NCBI GenBank assembly: GCA_963617165.1
Contig: CAVEOF010000003.1
Span: 11,070 to 75,069, forward strand
DNA from: Coriobacteriaceae bacterium
GTDB taxonomy: Bacteria > Bacillota > Clostridia > Oscillospirales > CAG-272
DNA: 64,000 nt
Reading direction: 5' to 3'
Made by a program: the position numbers and the translations under genes. This document shows positions 39,762-49,253 of the stretch, piece by piece. The notes below the pieces were generated by a model, which was not told the origin of the DNA, did no database searches, and saw only the letters and a program-made list of their open reading frames with translations. Numbering within the stretch: position 1 is the stretch's first letter; each line of letters begins with the position of its first letter.

Positions 39762-41687
39762 ATGAAGCTTCGTGCGCCTGCACTTCCCTTAATTACCGTT
39801 GACCCTTACTTTTCGATCTGGTCGGAGGGGGATGCCCTAAATTTTACCCCCACCGTGCACTGGACGGGAAAGAAAAACGAAATTTTCGGCACCGTGACCG
39901 TGGACGGGGAGACCGAGTCCTTCCTCGGCTACGAGAATAAGGTTCGGAAAATGACCGAGACCTACCGCGACTGGGACGCGCTCAACACCCGCGTCACCAT
40001 GGAGAACGAGAAGATCCGTCTTTTCATTCGGTTTATGACCCCTCTGCTCCCGAAAGAGCCTGCTCTGCTCTCCCGCCCCGTCTCTTATATGGCGGTCTCC
40101 TACGAGAGCAAGGACAAGCGCCCCCACGAGGTCACGCTCACCCTCTCGGTGAATTTCACCCTTTGCAAAAATCATCCGCTCGACGCCGACGGTGTCGACG
40201 TCACCTTCCCCGAGATCGCGGGGCTCTCCACCGTGAAGATGGGCAATGCCGTACAGAAGCCCCTCTCGGAGAGCGGAGACGACATCCGCATCAACTGGGG
40301 CTATTTTCTCTGCGCGGTGAAGGATACCGCGGCGAAGTGGGAAAAGGTGCCCGAGGGACTCTGGCGCGCGCCGCTCGCCTATCGTATCACCAGTGCCGTG
40401 AAGGAGGGAGAGGAGCGCCTGTTCCTCTTTGCCTATGACGACATTTTCTCGATCGACTACTTCGGCACCTTCTTAAAGTCCTATTGGAACAAGGACGGCA
40501 AGACCATCGAGACCGCGATCGCGGAGGCGGCGGCGGACTACCCCGTCGTCGGAGAAGCCGCCGACGCGTTCTCGGACGAGCTGACGGCGAAGGCATATCT
40601 TTCGGGCGGGGAAAAATACGCCGACATCTGCTCTCTTGCCTACCGTCAGGTCATTGCGGCGCATAAGCTCGCCGTCACGCCCGAGGGCGAGCTGCTCTGG
40701 ATCTCGAAGGAATGCTCTTCGAACGGTTGCGGCGCGACGGTCGACGTCTCCTATCCGTCGATCCCCATGTTCCTTTATTACAATCCCGAGCTTGTCAAGG
40801 GAATGCTCCGCCCGATCTACCGCTACGTGACGAGCGGGGCGTGGAGCTTTGACTTCGCGCCGCACGACGTCGGGCAATTCCCCATTCTGCACGGGCAGGT
40901 CTACGGGCTCGACCGTTCGACGGGGAAATTGCAGGAGCGCTTCCAGATGCCCGTCGAGGAATGCGGCAACATGATTATCATGGAAACAAACGTCGCCCTT
41001 GCCGAAAGGGACGCTTCCTTCGCCAAGGAGCATTACGACATTCTGAAGCAGTGGGCGGAATACCTGATCCGCTTCGGTGACGATCCCGAGGATCAGCTCT
41101 GCACCGACGACTTCGCGGGGCATCTCGCGCACAACTGCAACCTGACGTTGAAGGCAATTCTCGGCATTGCGGGCATGGGCATCCTTTCCGACATGCTGGG
41201 AGATGCTTCCGCCGCGGAGCACTACCGTGCGCTTGCGAAGGAGAAGGCAAAGGGCTTCATGACCCGCGCCGCGAACGGCGACGGCTCGACCCGTCTCGCC
41301 TTCGACCGTCCGGGCACCTACTCTATGAAATACAATATGGTTTGGGATAAGGTTTGGGGCACCGAGCTCTTCCCCGCCGACTTCGTGCGCGAGGAGCTCG
41401 AGACGCTCATCTCCCACACGAACCGTTACGGGCTTCCCCTCGACAGCCGCGCGGATTATACCAAATCCGACTGGCTCGTCTGGACGGCGACCATGGCGGA
41501 CAGCCGCGCTCTGTTCGGAAAATTCATTGCTCCCCTTTGGCGCGCGTACAACGAATCCGCGTCCCGCGTCCCGCTGAGCGACTGGTTCGACACGCTCTCG
41601 GGGCTCGAGGTGAGCTTCCGTCACCGCACCGTGCAGGGCGGACTCTTCCTCAAGATGCTTGCCGACGACGGAAAGCTGCATCTTTGA
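39762..41687 (+). CDS. Glutaminase-A-like / DUF4965-DUF1793 family protein
   Basis: MKLRAPALPLITVDPYFSIWSEGDAL...HWTGK N-terminus is typical of this family. 641 aa. Confidence 0.6.
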   Translation: MKLRAPALPLITVDPYFSIWSEGDALNFTPTVHWTGKKNEIFGTVTVDGETESFLGYENKVRKMTETYRDWDALNTRVTMENEKIRLFIRFMTPLLPKEPALLSRPVSYMAVSYESKDKRPHEVTLTLSVNFTLCKNHPLDADGVDVTFPEIAGLSTVKMGNAVQKPLSESGDDIRINWGYFLCAVKDTAAKWEKVPEGLWRAPLAYRITSAVKEGEERLFLFAYDDIFSIDYFGTFLKSYWNKDGKTIETAIAEAAADYPVVGEAADAFSDELTAKAYLSGGEKYADICSLAYRQVIAAHKLAVTPEGELLWISKECSSNGCGATVDVSYPSIPMFLYYNPELVKGMLRPIYRYVTSGAWSFDFAPHDVGQFPILHGQVYGLDRSTGKLQERFQMPVEECGNMIIMETNVALAERDASFAKEHYDILKQWAEYLIRFGDDPEDQLCTDDFAGHLAHNCNLTLKAILGIAGMGILSDMLGDASAAEHYRALAKEKAKGFMTRAANGDGSTRLAFDRPGTYSMKYNMVWDKVWGTELFPADFVREELETLISHTNRYGLPLDSRADYTKSDWLVWTATMADSRALFGKFIAPLWRAYNESASRVPLSDWFDTLSGLEVSFRHRTVQGGLFLKMLADDGKLHL

Positions 41688-41742
41688 TTTTTCACCCGAT
41701 GCGCCTAAAAATCAATCGATTTGACTATAATTATTAACAAAA

Positions 41743-41787
41743 ACAGAGTCTATCTTCTCGTATTTGGGAAGATAGACTCTGTTTTTG
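41743..41787 (+). terminator. Terminator hairpin (15-bp stem)
   Basis: ACAGAGTCTATCTTC...GAAGATAGACTCTGT followed by TTTT. Confidence 0.75.
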
Positions 41788-41944
41788 CTATGTTTGCTTT
41801 TTAGATCTTTTTTGCATTTTCTTCGCATTTTCTGACGTCTGTCAAAGGCATTAACAAAAAAATCGGATCGTGTGCGGTTTTGCGCAGATCTGTTTTTTGT
41901 TTTACTTTTTGTTCTTTTGATAGTGTTTCACGCAGGCGTCGGTA

Positions 41945-42190
41945 AAGAAAAATCATCGACCAAGAGCGGGAAACCATCGGCGAAGAATGAAAAATCATCA
42001 GCCAAAGGCGCCCCCTCGACCAAGAGAGAAAAACCATCAGCCAAGAGGGAGACCCCTCGGCAAAGGATGAAAAATCACCAACCAAGAGGGGCAACCATCG
42101 GCGAAGAGAGAAAAATCATCAGCCAAGAGAGGCGGCCATCGGCAAAGATGGGAAAATTATCGGTCAAGAGGGGGAAATCATTCCGTTCGG
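41945..42190. repeat. About 12 degenerate tandem units of about 21 nt (alternating AAAAATCATCAGCCAAGAGRG / AACCATCGGCGAAGARAG)
   Basis: Purine-rich array between convergent genes. The last unit overlaps the stop of the gmk-like gene. Confidence 0.75.
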
Positions 42191-42840
42191 TAGTTTTGCT
42201 TTTCCTCTGCCGCGCGGGCGAATTCCTTTGCGAGGGACTCTTTTTCCGTCTCGCTTTGCGCGTCTCCCCGCTCCATCGCCGAGAGGATCTGCGCGGCGCA
42301 TGTCGCGGCGTCCTCACACGGTAAGAGGAGATCGAAAAGAGGAAGGCGCTCCCCCATTGCGAGGTATTCCGCGATGTTCCGCTCCTTGCGCGTGGTGAAA
42401 CGGAGCAGTGCGTCGACGCTCGGCGCCGAGGCAAGCTCCCTTGCGTAGAGGCGTTCTTCCATCACGTTGAGGTCGCCGTAAAGATAGACGGCATAGGTAT
42501 CGGCGGCGTACTCGCTCGCGCGGAAGGAGGCGACGCCCCGACTGTCGAGGATCAGGAGGGGGCACTTCCCTTCCTCGCGAATCCTCACGAGCTCGCTGCG
42601 TGGCGTGCCGTAGCGGTGCCCCGCGATGAGGCTGTGCTCGACGAAGGCGCCGTGCGCGAGTTTTTCCGAAAACTCCTCTTCGGTGACGTAAAAATACTCG
42701 CCGTCGTGGGCGTCGCCGCGGCGCTCTCTCGTCGTGACCGAGCGGACAAGGGCGAAGTGCCCGCCCGCGATCAGTCTGTCGGCGACCGTCGACTTCCCGA
42801 CTGCGGAGGGACCTGCCAGAATGAGAATGTTCTTTTTCAT
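42178..42840 (-). CDS. Guanylate-kinase-like P-loop protein
   Basis: ILAGPSAVGKST; RSVTTRERRGDAHDGEYFYV. Confidence 0.6.
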   Translation of the reverse strand: MKKNILILAGPSAVGKSTVADRLIAGGHFALVRSVTTRERRGDAHDGEYFYVTEEEFSEKLAHGAFVEHSLIAGHRYGTPRSELVRIREEGKCPLLILDSRGVASFRASEYAADTYAVYLYGDLNVMEERLYARELASAPSVDALLRFTTRKERNIAEYLAMGERLPLFDLLLPCEDAATCAAQILSAMERGDAQSETEKESLAKEFARAAEEKQNYRTE

Positions 42841-42866
42841 CTTGCTTTTCTTCGGCGTTCGCGCGC

Positions 42867-44156
42867 TTATTTCTTCGGGTTGAGCTTTTCTTTTCCGCCC
42901 ATGTAGGGACGGAGGACGACGGGAATGTTCACGCTGCCGTCGGCGTTCAGGTTATTTTCAAGGAAGGCGATCAGCATACGCGGGGGGGCTACGACGGTAT
43001 TGTTCAGCGTATGGGCAAGGTAGGTCTTTCCGTCCTCGCCGCGGACGCGGATCTTCAAGCGTCTTGCCTGTGCGTCGCCGAGGTTCGAGCAGGAGCCGAC
43101 CTCGAAATACTTCTTCTGTCTCGGCGACCATGCCTCCACGTCGAGGGACTTCACCTTCAGGTCGGCGAGGTCACCCGAGCAGCACTCGAGCGTGCGGACG
43201 GGGATGTCCATCGAGCGGAAGAGGTCGACCGTGTTCTTCCAGAGCTTGTCGAACCAGAACTTCGAATCCTCGGGCTTGCAGACGACGATCATCTCCTGCT
43301 TCTCAAACTGGTGGATGCGATAAACGCCGCGCTCCTCGAGACCGTGCGCGCCCTTCTCCTTACGGAAGCAGGGAGAATACGAGGTCAGCGTATAGGGGAG
43401 CTCCGCCTCGGGGCAGATCTGATCGATGAATTTACCGATCATTGAGTGCTCGGACGTGCCGATGAGGTAGAGATCCTCTCCCTCGATCTTATACATCATT
43501 GCGTCCATCTCGGCGAAGGACATGACGCCCGTCACGACGTTCGAGCGGATCATAAAGGGCGGGACGCAGTAGGTAAAGCCGCGGTCGATCATAAAATCAC
43601 GGGCATAGGCGATCACGGCGGAATGCAGTCTCGCGATGTCTCCCATGAGATAATAGAAGCCGTTGCCCGCCACGCGGCGCGCGCTGTCGAGGTCGATGCC
43701 TGCGAAGCGCTCCATAATATCGGTATGGTAGGGAATCTCAAAATCGGGGACGACCGGGTCGCCGAAGCGCTCGATCTCCACGTTCTCGCTGTCGTCCTTT
43801 CCGATCGGAACCGAGGGATCTATGATGTTCGGGATGACCATCATGATCTTTCTGACCTTCTCCTCGAGCTCGGTCTCCTTTTCTTCGAGCGCCGCGAGCT
43901 CTGTCGCCTGCTCGGCGACGAGCTTCTTTGCCGCCTCTGCCTCCTCGAATTTCTTCTGTCCCATCAGGGCGCCGATGGACTTTGAGACCTTGTTGCGGTT
44001 GGCACGGAGCTCGTCCGCGCGCTGTTTGCTCGCGCGGAGCTCGGCGTCGAGGGCGATCACCTCGTCGACCAAGGGGAGCTTCTGATCCTGGAATTTGTTT
44101 TTGATGTTCTGCTTGACGATCTCGGGGTTCTCCCTGAGGAATTTCATGTCCAGCAT
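42867..44156 (-). CDS. serS: Seryl-tRNA synthetase
   Basis: 429 aa. N-terminal coiled coil, class II core (TSEHSM, FRKEKGAHG...) and a T-box leader upstream. Confidence 0.9.
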   Translation of the reverse strand: MLDMKFLRENPEIVKQNIKNKFQDQKLPLVDEVIALDAELRASKQRADELRANRNKVSKSIGALMGQKKFEEAEAAKKLVAEQATELAALEEKETELEEKVRKIMMVIPNIIDPSVPIGKDDSENVEIERFGDPVVPDFEIPYHTDIMERFAGIDLDSARRVAGNGFYYLMGDIARLHSAVIAYARDFMIDRGFTYCVPPFMIRSNVVTGVMSFAEMDAMMYKIEGEDLYLIGTSEHSMIGKFIDQICPEAELPYTLTSYSPCFRKEKGAHGLEERGVYRIHQFEKQEMIVVCKPEDSKFWFDKLWKNTVDLFRSMDIPVRTLECCSGDLADLKVKSLDVEAWSPRQKKYFEVGSCSNLGDAQARRLKIRVRGEDGKTYLAHTLNNTVVAPPRMLIAFLENNLNADGSVNIPVVLRPYMGGKEKLNPKK

Positions 44157-44244
44157 AGTAGTTTCCTCCGTTTTATATCTGTTTTTATTTTTTTGTCATA
44201 TAGAAAGGCTATCCGAAAAACACGCGAGCGGGCAGTCGGTCAAG

Positions 44245-44294
44245 ATCACGGGCATAGGTGATCACGGCGGAATGCAGTCTCGCGATGTCTCCCA
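44245..44294. repeat. 50-nt direct copy (49/50) of serS-internal segment 43596..43645, sitting in the serS 5' UTR
   Basis: ATCACGGGCATAGG(T/C)GATCACGGCGGAATGCAGTCTCGCGATGTCTCCCA occurs at both positions. Confidence 0.9.
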
Positions 44295-44295
44295 A

Positions 44296-44515
44296 AACAA
44301 AAAAGCCGATTCCCTCCCGCATATGGGACGAATCGACTCCGTGTTGCCACCCAAATTGAAGCGTGACGCGCACGCTCCCACTCAAAGACCGATAAGGGGG
44401 TCTCCCTCGGCTCCTCGCCGACGCTCGGAAAGCGGAAAGCAGGGGCTCCTCCGACCGCTCACACCGCCCGCGGTCTCTCTGATTTCGGTCGCCTATGCCA
44501 TTCTTTCGTCACAGC
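44296..44515 (-). promoter_or_regulatory. T-box riboswitch leader of serS
   Basis: Minus strand has AGAGAG and GGTGTGAG stem-I elements. T-box AATTTGGGTGGCAACACGG lies at about 44341-44358. A terminator hairpin plus TTTTTTGTTTT follows. Confidence 0.7.
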
Positions 44516-44521
44516 ATCTTT

Positions 44522-44550
44522 ATTATATCCGAAGTTTCGCGGAATTGCAA
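44522..44550 (-). promoter_or_regulatory. serS promoter
   Basis: TTGCAA (44545..44550), 17-nt spacer, TATAAT (44522..44527) on the minus strand. Confidence 0.6.
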
Positions 44551-44911
44551 GAGGTTTTCGAAATTTTTCCGAGATTTTTTCTCCCCTGTCGAAAAAGAGA
44601 GCGTAAGACGACATGATTTTTCTATGAAAAGCAGAAGAGGCGCAGAAAACAAAAAAGCACGCAGAAAATCTGCGGCGTCTTTGTTTATCACCGACAAAAT
44701 CCTTTGTTTTTCGTATGATTTCTTTGTTTTCTCTCTTTTTTTCGAATTTTTGCCTTGATTTCCGCATTTCGTTTTTCATTTCTCTTTTGCTTCGGCGTCT
44801 CGGGCTTGCCCCCTCCCGGTTTTTTCTTTTCTTTATGGTTCTCGCTTCGGGGTTCTTTTTTGTATCGGTGTTTTTCTTCTCTCTTTTCGGCTTTTTCTTT
44901 CCGCAAAAAGG

Positions 44912-44959
44912 GGCTGTCGCAAATAGGCTTTTCAAAGACCTATTTGCGACAGCCTTTTA
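44912..44959. terminator. Bidirectional terminator (16-bp perfect stem)
   Basis: GGCTGTCGCAAATAGG...CCTATTTGCGACAGCC, flanked by an A-run and a T-run. Confidence 0.7.
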
Positions 44960-45241
44960 TCTAGTGAAATAAGGATAGGTTAAGAAATCTAGAGAATTTA
45001 ATTCATTTATTAAACTCATCAACTCATCATTATTCTCATAATTATGAAATCCAGCCCTATCTTTATATTTTTGTGCTAATCGAGTAGATTTTACTTCAAC
45101 AGTAAGCCCTCCTGATTGTCTAATTTTTTCTCTTGTATCAGCTGATAATTTTGCACCTTCATTGATTACAGCATTATTAATTAAAGAAACTAAATCAGAC
45201 TTTAATTCTTGTATTAAAAATCCATCAAAAGGAGCATGCAA
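44957..45241 (-). pseudogene. AT-rich orphan ORF, probably the 3' remnant of a foreign gene next to ssrA
   Basis: GC content drops sharply between 44960 and 45340. The frame is open upstream but has only a TTG start. Confidence 0.4.
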
Positions 45242-45371
45242 TTTATAATTATCTGCTCTAAAGCTATCATAAGAGTGATAGGTCTCTATTTTTTTTACGG
45301 AAAGGGATAATCTCCCTTTTTACTGCAAGAAAAAAAGGTCTGATAATTGTATCAAACCTTTGCTTCTTATA

Positions 45372-45740
45372 TGGTGGAGCCGACGGGAATCGAACCCGTG
45401 TCCAAAAACCCGTTGATATGACTTTCTCCGCAGACAGTCACTCTTTTGAGATTTCCCCTCGGGGAGCGCCGGGTGACAGGCTCTCAGGTCGGGTAGCCCT
45501 TTTCTCCATGACCGACGCAAGGGCGAAGTATCGGTGCATGTTCACTACTCATTTGACGCACGGTCGGAGCCGTAGTCCTCTCCGACGGTACGGGCGGCAT
45601 GAAAATGCCGCGACACGGCTTACGCCGCTACAGCAACTCTGTTGTTGTCGTTTATTGTTTAAGTCGGACGGTTTTACGGGATCTTCCTGCCCGCTGCGCT
45701 TATCATACCGCAAAGTCCCTGTCGAAACCATTACGGCCCC
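45372..45740 (-). ncRNA. ssrA: tmRNA (SsrA)
   Basis: 5' GGGGCCGTAATGGTTTCGAC. 3' GGTTCGATTCCCGTCGGCTCCACCA. Acceptor stem has a G3:U pair. Candidate tag frame is ...NDNNRVAVAA with TAA at 45620..45622. Confidence 0.9.
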
Positions 45741-46258
45741 GGATCGGAGGAAAGAGTGACCTCTTTCTTCCCTATTATACCCGAATCCTTCGGAATTGTC
45801 AAGAGCGAAGACTGTCGCAGTTGCGATTTTTCGCTCTTTTTTTCGTTCTTTGCGCGCCGCTTTGTCCGAAAAACGAAAGGGGGTGCTTTTTTCGGGCGCG
45901 GTCGGGGCATTCCGTTTCGGTGCAGGCAGGTCATTCCGTTTCGATTTCCGCGGATCGCCTGATCGTTTTCGTGTCCGAACGACATCCTCTTCCCTCCTCC
46001 GCACCATTGCAAAAAAGGCGGGCATCGCGGTCGCGTTTTGTTACCCTATGCTAACACCCGTCTTTGACGAAAGTATACGAAAAACGTGTTGTTTTGTCAA
46101 GAGGAATTTACAAAAAATCATTGCAAAAATTGCCCTATTTTCTTGTGAAAAATTTCACGAAAATGCGGAAAGCCCTTGAAAATAACAAAGAGGTATGGTA
46201 TAATGTTTATAATTGGTATGTAAAAAATAACATGACCAAATTCCAAGGAGGATTTCAT

Positions 46259-46753
46259 ATGCTCAAGAAATTATCCACCGTGCCCTTCAACGGGACGAAG
46301 GAGCAGGAAGCACAGCTGAAGGCGATCATCGAAGAGAACAAATGCGATAAGAGCCGCCTCATGGCTGTCATGCAAGAAGCGCAAGGCATCTACGGCTACC
46401 TTCCGATGGAGGTACAGAACATGATCGCCGAGGGAATGGAGGTTCCGCTCGAAAAGGTATACGGTGTCTCCACCTTCTACGCGCAGTTCTCGCTGACGCC
46501 GAAGGGTGAATACAATGTATCGGTCTGCCTCGGCACCGCCTGCTACGTCAAGGGCTCGGGCGAGATCTACGACAAGCTTCAGGAGGTGCTCGGCATCGGC
46601 GCCGAAGAGTGCACCCCCGACCGCAAATTCTCCCTTACCGCCTGCCGTTGCATCGGCGCGTGCGGTCTTGCCCCCGTCTTCACGGTGAATGAAGAGGTCT
46701 ACGGCAGACTCGGCGTCGGCGACGTGGAAGGCATCATCGCAAAGTACAGATAA
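46259..46753 (+). CDS. NuoE/HydC-like thioredoxin-fold [2Fe-2S] subunit
   Basis: Start MLKKLSTV with an AAGGAGGA RBS. VCLGTACYVKG...ACRCIGACGLAP. Confidence 0.8.
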   Translation: MLKKLSTVPFNGTKEQEAQLKAIIEENKCDKSRLMAVMQEAQGIYGYLPMEVQNMIAEGMEVPLEKVYGVSTFYAQFSLTPKGEYNVSVCLGTACYVKGSGEIYDKLQEVLGIGAEECTPDRKFSLTACRCIGACGLAPVFTVNEEVYGRLGVGDVEGIIAKYR

Positions 46754-46798
46754 AACGCCCCGTTTTATGACCCGTCTTTTGAAAGGAAGGATACGCCC

Positions 46799-47152
46799 GT
46801 GAAAATCCGAACCATCCGCGATCTTCTCTCGGCGACTCTCCTCGCGGGAGAAGAGCTCCTCGATACCGAGGTGACCTCCGCCTGCTCCAGCGATATGATG
46901 AGCGACGTGCTCGCCTACGTCAAGGACCAAGGAGTCCTTCTGACGGGACTCGTCAACGGACAGGTGATCCGCACTGCCGCCATGATGGATATGCTCTGCG
47001 TCGTCTTTGTCCGTGACAAGGCGCCGACCGCGGAGATCCTCACCCTTGCGCGCGAATGCGGCATTGCCGTGATGCAGACCGCGCACCGCGCCTATGAGGC
47101 GGCGGGAAAGCTGTATCTCGCGGGACTCGGCAGGTGCCCCGAAGATGAGTGA
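46799..47152 (+). CDS. DRTGG-domain-like small regulatory protein
   Basis: GTG start. SDVLAYVKDQGVLLTGLVNGQVIRTA. Typical companion of hydrogenase regulatory cassettes. Confidence 0.5.
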   Translation: MKIRTIRDLLSATLLAGEELLDTEVTSACSSDMMSDVLAYVKDQGVLLTGLVNGQVIRTAAMMDMLCVVFVRDKAPTAEILTLARECGIAVMQTAHRAYEAAGKLYLAGLGRCPEDE

Positions 47153-47567
47153 GGCACTCCGCTTTCATTTCGACGTCGACGGCGAGAATTTTTCCTCCGC
47201 GGGCGAGGCTTCGGTCGCGGTAAAGAAAAAACTTCGTCAGCTCGGCTATCCGCCCGAGATCATCCGCAAGGTGGCGATCGCCATGTACGAGGGAGAGATC
47301 AACATGGTCATCCATGCGCACGGCGGCGATGCCGACGTCACGGTCGGCGAGGACGAGATCACCATCGTCCTGCGGGACGAGGGACCGGGAATCCCCGATG
47401 TAGCGCTTGCCATGCAGGAGGGGTACTCCACGGCGAAGGATCAGATCCGCGCCCTCGGCTTCGGTGCTGGCATGGGGCTTCCCAATATGAAAAAGAACAC
47501 AGATTTCCTTCAGATCGACACGAAGGTCGGAGCGGGAACCACCGTTACGATGAAGGTCTTCCTCTGA
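47145..47567 (+). CDS. RsbW/anti-sigma-like GHKL ATPase (serine-kinase fold)
   Basis: LRDEGPGIPD...GFGAGMGLPNM...GTTVTM. Confidence 0.6.
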   Translation: MSEALRFHFDVDGENFSSAGEASVAVKKKLRQLGYPPEIIRKVAIAMYEGEINMVIHAHGGDADVTVGEDEITIVLRDEGPGIPDVALAMQEGYSTAKDQIRALGFGAGMGLPNMKKNTDFLQIDTKVGAGTTVTMKVFL

Positions 47568-47601
47568 CGCTCCCCTTCAAAAAATCTTCGGAGGTGGCAT
47601 T

Positions 47602-48918
47602 ATGTCGCACGGATATCTTCATTCCGTCTCTCTCGACATTGAAAAATGCAAGGGCTGTACCACCTGCTTGAAGCGGTGCCCGACCGAGGCGATCCGCATC
47701 CGTGACGGGCACGCCGCCATTCGCTCCGAGCGTTGCATCAGCTGCGGCGAATGCATCAAGCTTTGCCCGCACAAGGCGAAGCGGGCGATCTCCGACCCCC
47801 TTTCCGCAATCAAGGATTACCCTTACGCGATCGCGCTTCCCGCGCCGTCGCTGTACGGGCAGTTTGACAATCTCGACGACATTGACCGCGTTCTCGCGGG
47901 GCTTCTCGCACTCGGATTTTCCGACGTGTTTGAGGTTGCCGCCGCCGCGGAACTTGTCTCTGCGTACACAAGACTTTACATAAACCGTACCGACATCAAG
48001 AAACCCGTTATCTCTTCCGCCTGCCCGGCGATCACGCGCATGATCTCAAAGAACTATCCGTATCTTTGCGAAAACGTCATGCCGATCCTCCCGCCCGTGG
48101 ACATTGCCGCCATGCTGGCGAGAAAAAAGGCAAAGGAAGAGCATCCCGAGCTTCGCGACGAGGACATCGGTATTCTCTTCATTTCCCCCTGCCCCGCCAA
48201 GGTCAGCTACGTAAAAAACGAGGGTGGAAAAGGCTCGCCCGTGGACGCCGTACTTTCGGTGCGCGACGTGTATTTCGCACTGCTCGACGTAATGAAGCGA
48301 CAGGGCGACGAGCTACCCGAGTTAAAAAGCGCCGGCATGATCGGCATCGGCTGGGCGACGACGGGCGGTGAATCTACCGCCGTCTTCAATTCGCATTACC
48401 TTGCCGCGGACGGGATCGAAAACTGCATCCGCGTTCTCGAGCAGATCGACAATTCGGATCTCACGGGACTGGATTTCGTGGAGCTGAACGCCTGCGACGG
48501 CGGTTGCGTCGGCGGCGCAATGACGGTGGCAAATCCCTACATCGCACAGGCGAGACTTCAGACCCTGCGGCGCTATCTCCCCGTTTCTCCCAACCGACCA
48601 GCGAGCGAATGGATTCCCGACGACTTTTTCAACAAACAATCGGTGGAATACGACCCCTATCACCGTCTTTCCCCCGACCGTAAGGAAGCCATGCGCATGA
48701 TGCGGGAGATCGAGGAGATCGGAAAGACGCTGCCCGGGATCGACTGCGGTTCCTGCGGCGCGCCGACCTGCATGTCCTTCGCCGAGGATATCGTCAAAGG
48801 CGAGACCACCGCCGACGAGTGCACCGTCAACATGCGGATGCTCTTCCATCGATACCTCGAAGAACACAAAGAAGCATCGCGACGACCCGCTCCGCGGGAA
48901 AAGGAGGCTCCGTCATGA
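47602..48918 (+). CDS. HydS-like (sensory-type) [FeFe]-hydrogenase homolog: 2x[4Fe-4S] ferredoxin, H-domain, C-terminal 4-Cys motif
   Basis: CKGCTTCLKRCP/CISCGECIKLCP. L1-like SSACPA, L2-like SPCPAK, L3-like ELNACDGGCVGG. C-terminal DCGSCGAPTC. Confidence 0.7.
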   Translation: MSHGYLHSVSLDIEKCKGCTTCLKRCPTEAIRIRDGHAAIRSERCISCGECIKLCPHKAKRAISDPLSAIKDYPYAIALPAPSLYGQFDNLDDIDRVLAGLLALGFSDVFEVAAAAELVSAYTRLYINRTDIKKPVISSACPAITRMISKNYPYLCENVMPILPPVDIAAMLARKKAKEEHPELRDEDIGILFISPCPAKVSYVKNEGGKGSPVDAVLSVRDVYFALLDVMKRQGDELPELKSAGMIGIGWATTGGESTAVFNSHYLAADGIENCIRVLEQIDNSDLTGLDFVELNACDGGCVGGAMTVANPYIAQARLQTLRRYLPVSPNRPASEWIPDDFFNKQSVEYDPYHRLSPDRKEAMRMMREIEEIGKTLPGIDCGSCGAPTCMSFAEDIVKGETTADECTVNMRMLFHRYLEEHKEASRRPAPREKEAPS

Positions 48919-49253
48919 CGGTAGAAGCACTTGCAAAGTCCCTCGGGTTGACCTCCCTCACGGGAGAGCTTCCGACACGAGAAATCACGGGCGTATATGC
49001 CGGCGACCTGCTCAGTCGGGCGATGGGAAAGATCAAAGAAGGTGATCTCTGGATCACCATTATGACCAACAAAAACGTCGTAGCGGTTGCCGAGCTCGGC
49101 GACCCCGCGGCGATCCTCTTCTCGGAAGGTACGGTACCGATGCCCGACGCCCTCGAGGCGGCACGGGAAAACGGTGTCGCGCTCCTCTCCTCGGAAAAGA
49201 GCACCTACGACCTCTGTCTTGCCGTCGGCGAGGCGCTCTCGGAGGCGGGGTGA
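48915..49253 (+). CDS. Second DRTGG-like small protein
   Basis: ATGA coupling to the upstream gene. AGDLLSRAMG...TNKNVVAVA. Confidence 0.45.
   Translation: MTVEALAKSLGLTSLTGELPTREITGVYAGDLLSRAMGKIKEGDLWITIMTNKNVVAVAELGDPAAILFSEGTVPMPDALEAARENGVALLSSEKSTYDLCLAVGEALSEAG

Noticed and set aside
41872-42324. 150-aa plus-strand ORF (KSS/KPS-rich) across the 21-nt repeat array
   Set aside because: The periodic amino-acid pattern simply mirrors the DNA repeat. There is no RBS, and the ORF runs antisense into the gmk-like gene.
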